28,555 bases of DNA from Alphaproteobacteria bacterium (GCA_009921785.1 RFXE01000001.1:1-28555); one strand, 5' to 3'. Shown: positions 9,903-18,885, counted from the stretch's first letter. Numbers and translations are program-made. The notes: generated by a model not told the origin, from the letters alone.

Positions 9903-10277
9903 ATGACTTCCACCGCGATTCCTTCTTCCCTGAATAGGGTTTCCGTCGCGGACACCGAAACCGGCGTACCGCGCTTTCAGAATACAAAGACCGAAACACA
10001 AACTGAAGGGGACGAAAAAAACGCCCCCACCAAACCCGCCCCATCGGCCGAGGCTAAACCCGCTCCCAATGCTACGGTGAGACGCACAACAATCGACTGG
10101 GAAACCGGCTCAGTTGTCTTCCGTGTCATTGATGAACATAGCGGTCAGACAGTCAGCCAAAGCCCAGAAGAAGCGTTATTGCGCTTGCGCGCCTATGCAC
10201 GGCAAAATGAAACAACTGCGGATACCAATGCTGAACAGCCACAGCATTCGCCACCGCGGACGGAAAAGACCGTGTGA
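9903..10277 (+). CDS. FlaG-like flagellar protein with a low-complexity P/T/E-rich N-terminus
   Basis: IDWETGSVVFRVIDEHSGQTVSQSPEEALLRL resembles the FlaG core motif (V-x-VID-xx-(T/S)G-x-V-x-RQIP-xE-xL); lies next to the flagellin gene. Confidence 0.6.
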   Translation: MTSTAIPSSLNRVSVADTETGVPRFQNTKTETQTEGDEKNAPTKPAPSAEAKPAPNATVRRTTIDWETGSVVFRVIDEHSGQTVSQSPEEALLRLRAYARQNETTADTNAEQPQHSPPRTEKTV

Positions 10278-10291
10278 AAACGAGGGTACGA

Positions 10292-10307
10292 TTAAGAATT
10301 TGTTAAC
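10292..10307 (+). promoter_or_regulatory. CtrA full binding site upstream of flagellin
   Basis: TTAA-GAATTTG-TTAAC, an exact consensus match, in the intergenic region about 235 bp before the flagellin start. Confidence 0.75.
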
Positions 10308-10541
10308 GCTCGCGATGCGAGCTGCGCGATCATGATAAATCTGTTGCGTGCATTTTTTTGGTTGCACCAATAATTAAAATCAACCTCAAATTTTAATTTA
10401 CACTGAAATTTACCATATTCCTCGGGACTTTGCCGACTCTATGGAGTGGCACGCCTCCACCCATGATCCTTCTGCGCGCTGCAGGACGCAGCGTAACCTC
10501 GGAGCGAAACAAAGCTCCACTCATCAGAAGGATGAACACGA

Positions 10542-12095
10542 ATGTCTATGTCTATTGCAATGGCCGCCGGCATGAATGCCCTTGTTGGCATCAACTCCCA
10601 ACTCCAAGACCTCCAAGCGCAAGCGCTTTCAGGTAAAAAGATTAGCAATGCATCAGATGGACTAGCAGCCTATCTCAGCTCGCAGACCTACACAGATCGC
10701 GCGAGCCGTCTGAGCAGCATCAACTCGACACTCTCGCAAAACTTGGGTACCATCAAAGCCGCCAGCACCGGTCTTTCGTCGATCAGCAAGACGATCAGTG
10801 ACACGCTTGATCAGCTGAAATCGGCGTCTCAGACTCAGGCTCAGGTTGTTGGAACGGGCGGTGGTTTCTCGCAAACCGGCGACACCACAACAACCGCGGC
10901 GATGTCGTTTACCTCCGTCAATGCTGCAGGTGTCGCAACAAATATTGCCATTAACGGCAACTCGACTTTCTTCAACGCTAACGGTAACGCCATTGCTATT
11001 GGTGGCCAGAAACTGACACAAGGCAATGTTTATTCGTTTTCGGTCAGCGGTAAAACCAACTATGTACGCATTGCTGCAGCAGGTGATGCAGTCGTAGGTG
11101 CGGGCGACGGATCAAGCGCGGCCAATGCTGTCAATGTCACAACGATATCAGCCTTGATGAACTCCATTCAGGGCATGAACACGGCGGGCGCGCAGTCCAA
11201 TAGCGCGGGCTATATTAACGTTTCTGCTCCCGCGGCCGGTGCCAATAACTCGCTTATCTATAGCATGACGGTAAACAACGTCATGAATAATGACGGTACC
11301 ACCAATACGAATCTCGGCATGTCTGTCGTATCATACGCAATGGGTGCATTGACCAATAACGTCACAAATATGATGACTGCGGGCCGCACGGCAACCCAAG
11401 CAAACTCAACCTATTCGACCGATGCGCAGAGCAACGGTGGCACTTCTGGTACGGCTGGTCAGTCGGTTTCTTATACCGGTCAGAAAAACGTCTATACGGC
11501 CGGTACAGGTGCTGTTGCGGCTGATACCAAACGTGCTGCAGCTGCGGCTTCTTACAAACTGGCTCTTACCGCCCTTGACCAGTACTTAAAGGATGCTTCA
11601 GTTTCAGGGATCAACTTGCTCAATGGCGATTCATTGGTGGCGACCTTCAATGAAAAGGGCATCGGCAGCACGATCCAGTTAACAAAGTCAGATGGTACCG
11701 CCGCAAGCTACGGCTCAACCGGCCTTGGATTGGTCAACGCGACCGGCGCGCAGGATTATGCGAATAATTTCGCGACCAATGTTGACTCTGTTGATGCCAG
11801 CGGTAACCCGCTGACCGGTCTACAGGCCGCGATCAACAAATTGACAGCCGCGCAGACAACAATCCAGCTCGGCGTTGCGCAAGTTGGTCAGTTCCAAAGC
11901 ACCATCCAAAATCGAAGCGACTTTAACGTGGCGATCATTAGCCTCCTGAATGACTCGGCCAACAACCTGACCGCAGCTGACATGACACAGGTCAGCACGA
12001 TGACAGCGGCCCTTCAGGTTCAACAGAGCTTCGCACAGGCCATTCTCTCGGCCACGAAGCAGTCTGACCAGTCCATCCTCCAATTGCTCCGGTAA
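10542..12095 (+). CDS. fliC: Flagellin (Bradyrhizobium/Methylobacterium FliC-type, divergent termini)
   Basis: N-terminal LSGKKISNASD, DASVSGINLLNGD, and C-terminal QNRSDFNVAII...NNLTAADM...QSDQSILQLLR; A/G/N/S/T-rich central variable region. Confidence 0.88.
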   Translation: MSMSIAMAAGMNALVGINSQLQDLQAQALSGKKISNASDGLAAYLSSQTYTDRASRLSSINSTLSQNLGTIKAASTGLSSISKTISDTLDQLKSASQTQAQVVGTGGGFSQTGDTTTTAAMSFTSVNAAGVATNIAINGNSTFFNANGNAIAIGGQKLTQGNVYSFSVSGKTNYVRIAAAGDAVVGAGDGSSAANAVNVTTISALMNSIQGMNTAGAQSNSAGYINVSAPAAGANNSLIYSMTVNNVMNNDGTTNTNLGMSVVSYAMGALTNNVTNMMTAGRTATQANSTYSTDAQSNGGTSGTAGQSVSYTGQKNVYTAGTGAVAADTKRAAAAASYKLALTALDQYLKDASVSGINLLNGDSLVATFNEKGIGSTIQLTKSDGTAASYGSTGLGLVNATGAQDYANNFATNVDSVDASGNPLTGLQAAINKLTAAQTTIQLGVAQVGQFQSTIQNRSDFNVAIISLLNDSANNLTAADMTQVSTMTAALQVQQSFAQAILSATKQSDQSILQLLR

Positions 12096-12122
12096 GCGGA
12101 ACGCGTATCCTGAAAGAACGAG

Positions 12123-12149
12123 AAAGCGGGGCTCCGGCCCCGCTTTTTT
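12123..12149 (+). terminator. Intrinsic (probably bidirectional) terminator after flagellin
   Basis: AAAGCGGGGC-tccg-GCCCCGCTTT followed by more T residues; lies between convergent genes. Confidence 0.85.
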
Positions 12150-12177
12150 AGATTGTTCTCTATTTGAACTGCTTATC

Positions 12178-12975
12178 TCAATTCATCGCCACCGCATTCG
12201 CCTTCGGCGCGTGAGGAACAAAAGCAGGGCCTGCGAATTGACGCCAAGCGGTTTCATCGCCCGCAAACACATTGCGATCAACATTACCTTTAATGCCCGG
12301 TACGCGACCTTGATCCGTATATTGCCACATGGCCCAGCGGCGATCACCGTAACGTTCATGCGGTTGCGCATTCACAGTGCGCACCCACAACGGATAATCA
12401 TGTAAATCACCATCGATGATATCGCGATAAAAATCGATCGTCGTATAAATCATTGGCTTTTTGCCATAGTGCTTTTCAACCGCAGTCAAAAAAGTGCGGA
12501 TCGATTTGAGCGCCTGATCGCGCGGCACTTTCTTCGGGCATTTTTCACTCGCGGCCCCATACCACTCGACATCGAGCACAGGCGGCAACGCATCTTTTTC
12601 AACGGGCACGTGATTAAAGAACCATTTGATTTGATCCTGCACCGGCCGACACCAATAATAGAAATGATAGGCGCCGCGCGGCACACCGGCATCCTTCGCC
12701 ATCATCCAATGAAGGGCGAAATTTTCATCGGCATGATCACCGCCCTCAGTCGCTTTGATATAAGCGAAGCGCGTGCCGCCTTTGCGTGCCTCATGCCAAT
12801 CAATCTGGCCCTGATAGCGCGACACATCAACGCCGTGAACTGGATAGACCTGCGCAACAGGGATCATGGCGGAAGAGGATCCGGATGAGGCCAGCGGCTT
12901 TTTGTCGAAGTTAAACCCCGAACATCCGGCGAGACCCGCCGTCATCGCGATTAGAAAGCCGGCGCGACGCGCCAT
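12178..12975 (-). CDS. GH25 lysozyme/muramidase, predicted lipoprotein
   Basis: HGVDVSRYQG, FAYIKATEG, GAYHFY, LPPVLDVEW, WQYTDQGRVPGIKGNVDRN; lipobox LAGC after a hydrophobic stretch. Start placed at ATG 12975 (alternative 12999). Confidence 0.92.
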   Translation of the reverse strand: MARRAGFLIAMTAGLAGCSGFNFDKKPLASSGSSSAMIPVAQVYPVHGVDVSRYQGQIDWHEARKGGTRFAYIKATEGGDHADENFALHWMMAKDAGVPRGAYHFYYWCRPVQDQIKWFFNHVPVEKDALPPVLDVEWYGAASEKCPKKVPRDQALKSIRTFLTAVEKHYGKKPMIYTTIDFYRDIIDGDLHDYPLWVRTVNAQPHERYGDRRWAMWQYTDQGRVPGIKGNVDRNVFAGDETAWRQFAGPAFVPHAPKANAVAMN

Positions 12976-13134
12976 GACAAAAAAACCAAAGCCCAACATT
13001 CTACCCCATCCCACATTCACATTTGAACGCGTGATGTGGCACAAAAAATTTTAATAAATCGGTAACAAATCAATTTTTTTAATTAGACGCATTTTTGTTT
13101 CGATTAACCGGTACCCACTTAATCGCAAAATGCG

Positions 13135-14547
13135 TTAGCTCAAACCAAACCACAGCGTCGCAATCCCCAAAAAGGAGAAAAATCCGACAACATCGGTGAC
13201 TGTTGTGACGAATACGCCCGACGAAACCGCTGGATCGGCACGGAACCGCTCAAGTGTTAAGGGGATCAGGATACCACCCAAAGCACCGGCCACGAGATTA
13301 ACCGTCATGGCGAGCGAAATCACAAAGCCGATATTCCAATCTTGGAACCAGACTGACGCGATAGCCGCGGTGATAATCCCAAAAGCGAGTCCGTTCAAAA
13401 GACCGACGAAGGTTTCGCGGAAGGTCACGCGAATGGCATTGGCCGCACTCAGCTCACGCGTCGCAAGTGCACGCACGGCTACGGTCATGGTTTGTGTCGC
13501 GGCAACACCGCCCTGCCCCGCCACAATGGGTGCTAACACCGCAAGTGCCACCATCTTGGCAAGCGAGGCTTCAAACAAACCCAAAACGGATGAGGCTAAA
13601 AACGCCGTGAGGAGGTTCACGAAGAGCCAACCAAAACGGCTCTTCGTTGTTTCAAGAATAGAGTCAGAGAGTTCTTCTTCGCCGCGCACACCACCGAGCG
13701 CTTTGATTTCTTCGTCAGCTTCTTCCTGGATCACGTCAACGATGTCGTCGATGGTGACAACGCCCAACAAGCGATTGTCTTCATCAACAACCGGAACTGA
13801 AACAAGATTATAACGCTGGAAAAGACGCGCAACATCCTCACCATCATCTGTCGCTTCAACGCGCCGACGGTCGGCATTCATCAAGTCCTCGATCCGCGCC
13901 GTGCGCCGCGCGCGCACAAGACGGTCGAGAAATACATTGCCTAAAAGATGATAGGACGGATCAACAACAAAGACTTCGAAAAAACTATCCGGCAGATCAG
14001 GCGTTTCCGCGAGATGATCGATCACCTGCCCCGCTGTCCAGAAGGGTGGCACCGCAATCAAATCCGTCTGCATCAGACGACCGGCAGAGCCTTCGGGATA
14101 ATCAAGGCTCTTTTGTAGCGCGACACGATCAAGTGCTGGCAGCGCGTCAAGAATTTCGGCCTGATCTTCTTTATCGAGATCTTCGAGAATATAGACCGCG
14201 TCATCGCTCTCGAGTTCGCGTACCCCTTCGACAAGTGTCTCGGTGTCGAGCTCTTCGAGAATTTCTTCACGCACTGCGTCATCAACTTCCGTGAGCGCGG
14301 CAAAGTCGAAGGCCGGACCAAGAAGCTCAATGAAGGTCGGACGCTGATCATGATCAATGGCTTCAAGCAATGTCGCCTGATCGGCTTCATGAAGATCGGT
14401 AACGAGCGCGCCCAGCGCATCGGCATCGCCGCTTTCAAGCGCCGTTTCGACAAGAGCAAGGAAGCGCGGATCGAGCGCGCCTTCCTCGTCACGGAACGCG
14501 GGCGGTGGGGCTGAGGGGCCCGACGATAAATGGGTATGATCGGTCAT
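13135..14547 (-). CDS. mgtE: Magnesium transporter MgtE
   Basis: Acidic N-domain, CBS pair (YPEGSAGRLMQ, YNLVSVPVVD, TIDDIVD) and transmembrane region (GQGGVAATQ, DPAVSSGVFVTTVTDVVG). Confidence 0.96.
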   Translation of the reverse strand: MTDHTHLSSGPSAPPPAFRDEEGALDPRFLALVETALESGDADALGALVTDLHEADQATLLEAIDHDQRPTFIELLGPAFDFAALTEVDDAVREEILEELDTETLVEGVRELESDDAVYILEDLDKEDQAEILDALPALDRVALQKSLDYPEGSAGRLMQTDLIAVPPFWTAGQVIDHLAETPDLPDSFFEVFVVDPSYHLLGNVFLDRLVRARRTARIEDLMNADRRRVEATDDGEDVARLFQRYNLVSVPVVDEDNRLLGVVTIDDIVDVIQEEADEEIKALGGVRGEEELSDSILETTKSRFGWLFVNLLTAFLASSVLGLFEASLAKMVALAVLAPIVAGQGGVAATQTMTVAVRALATRELSAANAIRVTFRETFVGLLNGLAFGIITAAIASVWFQDWNIGFVISLAMTVNLVAGALGGILIPLTLERFRADPAVSSGVFVTTVTDVVGFFSFLGIATLWFGLS

Positions 14548-14958
14548 GCGCCCCTCCCGCTCCGCTTGCGGATCAAGGCGTCTTTAGGCGCATGATCGAA
14601 GCTTGGCAACCTTGGATCGTCGAATGAACAATGGGCTGCACCCGATCAATCGGACAAAAAGTAATTTTGATTTTGAACCTGCGCTGTCATCTTTCACGAA
14701 TTAGAAGGGATTATAACATGCGCAAACAGCAGCAGCTTGATTCATCCGTTCACGCCGATCAGAGCGCGTTTTTTTCGGTCAATTGGATAGGCGAAGTCAA
14801 AGCGCACTCGTTTGCGGCGCCAAGAAAAAAATAAAAAACCCCGCACGCCCTTAAGGCGCGTCCACGCGTTCGAATTATCGAGAGAACACGAAAGTCATGG
14901 TGCGCCTCAAATCAAAAAAATGAGAACACATATCGTATTGAATTTTCAATATAATTTT

Positions 14959-15690
14959 GGGTCTTGCCTAGCTGAGTGAGGGAAAAACCGTCTAAGGCTA
15001 TGGAAAGACATGAAAAATCGCTACTTTGTCCGTTCACGCATTTTTGAAGCCAAATTTCGCGAGATTGTCCGCTACTTTTCGGTTGATCTCACCGCGCTGC
15101 AAGCTGCAGCGTTGAGCGGCGTAAATCGCAATACGATCAATAGAATCTATCGCGATTTACGTGCGCGCATTGGCTAGGTTTGCGTTGTCCAGCGACCAAT
15201 GTTTTGCGTTGTCGAGGTCGATGAAAGCCTGTTCGGCGCAAAGCGGGTCAAGGGCAAACGAGGGCGTGGTGCCTATGGAAAAACGACTGTCTTCGGCGTC
15301 TTTGAAAGGGAGAGACAAGTCTATACCGAGATTGTCCCGAATAGCTCAAAAGCCACGTTACAAGGCATTATTCGAGGTCGGGTTGATGTATCAACCGTGA
15401 TTAATTCCGATGGTTGGCGAGGCTATAACGGGCTCGTCGACTTAGGCTATGGACACTTTCGAATAGATCATTCGAAGGACGAGTTCTCAAAAGGCGGTGT
15501 CCATATCAATGGGATCGAGGGCTTCTGGGGATTTGCAAAAGTCAGGCTCGCCAAATTTAAAGGCATCACCGATGCAACGTTCCATCTTCACCTGAAAGAA
15601 ACAGATTGGCGCTTCAATCATCGCCATTCCGACAAATGCAAAACCTAGCTAAAATACCTCCGAAAATCACCGCTTAACTAGGCAAGACCC
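14959..15690 (+). mobile_element. IS1595-family (IS1016-like) insertion sequence, 732 bp
   Basis: Terminal inverted repeats GGGTCTTGCCTAGctgagtg and (reverse complement) GGGTCTTGCCTAGttaagcg, 13 bp perfect and 17/20 overall. Flanked by a TAATTTT direct repeat (14952-14958 and 15691-15697). Contains a DDE transposase frame. Confidence 0.9.
15010..15681 (+). pseudogene. IS1595-family transposase with two in-frame amber stops
   Basis: The frame from ATG 15010 reads MKNRYFVRSRIFEAKFREIVRYF...ARIG*VCVVQRPMFCVVEVDES...SDGWRGY...HINGIEGFW...KCKT*LKYLRKSPLN*; TAG at 15175 and 15646. Confidence 0.88.
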
Positions 15691-15986
15691 TAATTTTATT
15701 CTCAGCAGTTCCTCCGGCTCCCATCGCTATAGAAGCTGACATAGCTTACGGTACTCGACACGACTTGGAGTCATCCGCACCGGCCGCAAAAATTCAGCTC
15801 CAACTGCCGTGCGTATCTCAGGCAATCCTCGAGCGAATTTCGAAACTGAGCCATACCCAAACTCTCCCAATCAAACCCCGTTAATTACTCATATTCAGGG
15901 GGACTAAGACACGGGCGCGGGGTCGAAGATTCCAGGTACATTGACTGGAATACTGGAAAAGCAGCCTTTTGTTCCATATAGACCAA

Positions 15987-16015
15987 TTGACATAAACACT
16001 TACTATTGGTAAAAT
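15987..16015 (+). promoter_or_regulatory. Sigma70-type promoter upstream of the ADH-ALDH pair
   Basis: TTGACA-N17-TAAAAT, overlapped by ACCAAT...ATTGGT inverted half-sites. Confidence 0.65.
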
Positions 16016-16259
16016 TATATTATGTAAGCTCAAAAATTTTCCGGAATTCAGTTCGGAGGTTAAGACACCCCCCTTTTTGTAAGCAACAGATGCTTGTGAG
16101 CGCCTGTTTATGAACGTGCGACTTATCATGTTGATTACCACGATCATGGACGGCGGATAAAAGTCGGCATCTTAGGCAGCCCTGGGACACGGGCTGGATA
16201 GCGACCCTTATAACTCCCGAAAATTAAGGCGCCGAGCGCTTTTCATAAGAAACTTAACA

Positions 16260-17441
16260 ATGAAAAAAGATGATCTAACGATGATTGCCTCATATGACTG
16301 GGGATTTCCGGTGCCTATTGCCTACGGGCTAGGACGTCTGGCCGAAATCGGGCAGCACTGCATAGGCTTGGGCATCGACAATCCCATGATCGTGACTGAT
16401 AGCGGCAGCCGTGACTTGCCCTTCATCGGACGGCTACAATCCTCTCTTCATGATGCAGGGCTGACGTCGTCCCTGTTTTCGGACATTTCGCCAAATCCGC
16501 TGGATAGCGAGATAGGTTCGGGGCGTGCTGCCTTCATTAAGGGCGGCCATGACGCGATCATCGCGATCGGCGGTGGCAGTGCCATGGATGGCGGTAAGGC
16601 TATTTGCCTTACCGCGCACAACGATTTTGACCTTTGGGCTTTTGAATATGAACAGCCTGTTCCCGTAATGATGCAGGGGCACCGGTTTCCTGCTCTGATC
16701 ACCATCCCTACGACAGCCGGCACCGGAGCCGAAACCGAAAGCACCGCCATGATCACCCATGCGGCCAAGGGCATGAAGTTCTGCGTTTGGCACCCAGACT
16801 TAAAACCCGCAGTGGCCGTGCTGGACCCGGAACTGACCGTTGGTCTGCCAAAAAATCTTACTGCCTGGACAGGGGCCGATGCACTTGTTCATGCTATCGA
16901 GGCGTATCTGGTGCCGAGCTTCCATCCATTGTGCGATGGCTTAGCGCTGGAAGGATTAGCGCTCATTACGAAATGGCTGCCCGTCGCCGTAGAGGAGCCA
17001 GAGAACTTAACCGCAAGAGGCGGCATGCTGATGGGGTCATGCCTTGCCGGGATTGCTTTCCTGAAGGGCCTTGGGCTTGTCCATGCTATTTCCCATATGA
17101 TCGGGGCGGAATTTAACACGCAGCACGGTCTGACCAATGCGATACTTCTGCCGGTGGTGCTGCGTTTCAATCTGCCCGGTCAGGAGGATAAGGTTCGCCG
17201 GATGGCGCAAGCAATGAACCTGTCAGACAACTCGGTAGAAGGCTTAATTTCAGCAGTCGAACTCCTTCTAAACAAGATCGGGATACCGAAGTCGTTAGGC
17301 GAAATTGGCGTCCCTACCGATAGCGCTGCAAGGATCGCCGAAAAGGCACTGAAAGACAGTGCAGCCCGCTCTAACCCCCGCGTTGCCACGCTGACTGAAG
17401 TTCGTGGGTTGATCGAAATCGCAATCGCAAAGGCACGCTGA
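16260..17441 (+). CDS. Iron-containing alcohol dehydrogenase (alternative start 16281)
   Basis: IAIGGGSAMDGGK, IPTTAGTGAE, and metal ligands DALVHAIEAY, HAISH, HGLTNA. Confidence 0.93.
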   Translation: MKKDDLTMIASYDWGFPVPIAYGLGRLAEIGQHCIGLGIDNPMIVTDSGSRDLPFIGRLQSSLHDAGLTSSLFSDISPNPLDSEIGSGRAAFIKGGHDAIIAIGGGSAMDGGKAICLTAHNDFDLWAFEYEQPVPVMMQGHRFPALITIPTTAGTGAETESTAMITHAAKGMKFCVWHPDLKPAVAVLDPELTVGLPKNLTAWTGADALVHAIEAYLVPSFHPLCDGLALEGLALITKWLPVAVEEPENLTARGGMLMGSCLAGIAFLKGLGLVHAISHMIGAEFNTQHGLTNAILLPVVLRFNLPGQEDKVRRMAQAMNLSDNSVEGLISAVELLLNKIGIPKSLGEIGVPTDSAARIAEKALKDSAARSNPRVATLTEVRGLIEIAIAKAR

Positions 17442-17457
17442 TAGTAGGGTCGGAAAA

Positions 17458-18885
17458 ATGCAGAACCTGACGAAATTCTTTATTGGTGGCGAATGGGTCA
17501 AACCATTGTCGTCTGCGACCTTGCCAATTCTAAACCCTGCGACTGAGGAGCCGATCGGCACTGTTGCTATGGGTATCTCTGAAGACGTGGATTCCGCAGT
17601 GAAGGCCGCAAAGGCCGCATTCACAGCCTTCTCTGTCACCTCTAAACAGGAGAGACTTCACCTTCTCTACCGATTGAAAGCTGCGACCGAAAGGCGTCTC
17701 GAGGATCTGGCACAGGCCATGCGGATCGAGATGGGCGCGCCGATAACAATGGCGAGGTCCGCGCAAGCAGATGCAGCCATTGGCCATCTGCGAGGCTTCA
17801 TCGAAGCGCTGCAAGAGCTTGAAGAGAGCAAAGTGCTCGCTAATGGCGATATCCTTTTACGCGAACCGATCGGTGTCTGTGGGCTTATTACTCCCTGGAA
17901 CTGGCCGATTAACCAGATTGCGCTCAAGGTCATTCCCGTTCTGGCCACAGGATCAACGTGTGTCCTAAAGCCTTCGGAACACACACCGATCTCGGCCATG
18001 ATTTATGCTGAAATCATTGACGAGGCCGGCTATCCGCCTGGGGTATTTAATCTGGTAAACGGGGATGGCCCCACGGTGGGTGCGGCCCTTTCGCGACATC
18101 CTGAAATTCAAATGATGTCCTTCACAGGATCAACTAGGGCTGGAATCGCTGTTACCCATGATGCCGCCGAAACCGTGAAGCGCGTGACGTTGGAACTGGG
18201 AGGAAAATCGCCGAACCTAGTTTTTTCCGACTGCAAGCTCGAGGAGCGTGTGGCAGCCTCCGTTCGGGAATGTATGTTCAACACTGGTCAGTCGTGCGAC
18301 GCGCCGAGCCGGCTTTTGGTCGAACGATCATGCTACGACGAGGCGCTTCGGATTGCCAAACTGACAATAGATTCCGTCAAGGTCGGTGACCCAGAGCAAA
18401 CGGGCGACCATATCGGACCTCTCTTCGATAAGATTCAATTTGACCGCGTGCAGTCCATGATCGAAGCGGGTCTTGCCGAGGGCGCGACGCTTCTGGCAGG
18501 TGGCCTCGGTAAGCCAGATGGAGTCACCACCGGATGGTTTGCCAAGCCTACGATATTTGCCGACGTGTCAAACCATATGCGGGTCGCCCAGGAAGAGATA
18601 TTCGGTCCCGTGCTCGTCATCATTCCGTTTGATGACGAGGATGATGCAATTGCTATTGCTAATGACACGCCATACGGGCTGGCCGCCTATCTGCAAACGG
18701 GTGATCCGGAGAGGGCGCTGCGGGTCGCCAAACGTCTGCGTGCTGGGGCTGTTCACATAAACGGTGGTGGTTTCAACTATGGCTCGCCTTTTGGCGGCTA
18801 TAAGCAGTCGGGGAACGGCCGCGAAGGAGGAATAATGGGATTGGAAGATTACCTCGAAACCAAAACGCTGCATGGAATGAGCTAA
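17458..18885 (+). CDS. NAD(P)-dependent aldehyde dehydrogenase
   Basis: ITPWNWP, KPSEHTP, SFTGST, LELGGKSP, catalytic Cys in GQSCDAP, EEIFGPV, FGGYKQSGNGRE. Confidence 0.95.
   Translation: MQNLTKFFIGGEWVKPLSSATLPILNPATEEPIGTVAMGISEDVDSAVKAAKAAFTAFSVTSKQERLHLLYRLKAATERRLEDLAQAMRIEMGAPITMARSAQADAAIGHLRGFIEALQELEESKVLANGDILLREPIGVCGLITPWNWPINQIALKVIPVLATGSTCVLKPSEHTPISAMIYAEIIDEAGYPPGVFNLVNGDGPTVGAALSRHPEIQMMSFTGSTRAGIAVTHDAAETVKRVTLELGGKSPNLVFSDCKLEERVAASVRECMFNTGQSCDAPSRLLVERSCYDEALRIAKLTIDSVKVGDPEQTGDHIGPLFDKIQFDRVQSMIEAGLAEGATLLAGGLGKPDGVTTGWFAKPTIFADVSNHMRVAQEEIFGPVLVIIPFDDEDDAIAIANDTPYGLAAYLQTGDPERALRVAKRLRAGAVHINGGGFNYGSPFGGYKQSGNGREGGIMGLEDYLETKTLHGMS

Noticed and set aside
10408-10455. 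Sigma28-like GCCGACTC and sigma54-like TGGCAC upstream of flagellin
   Set aside because: No TAAA at the correct spacing for sigma28, and no GC at -12 for sigma54.
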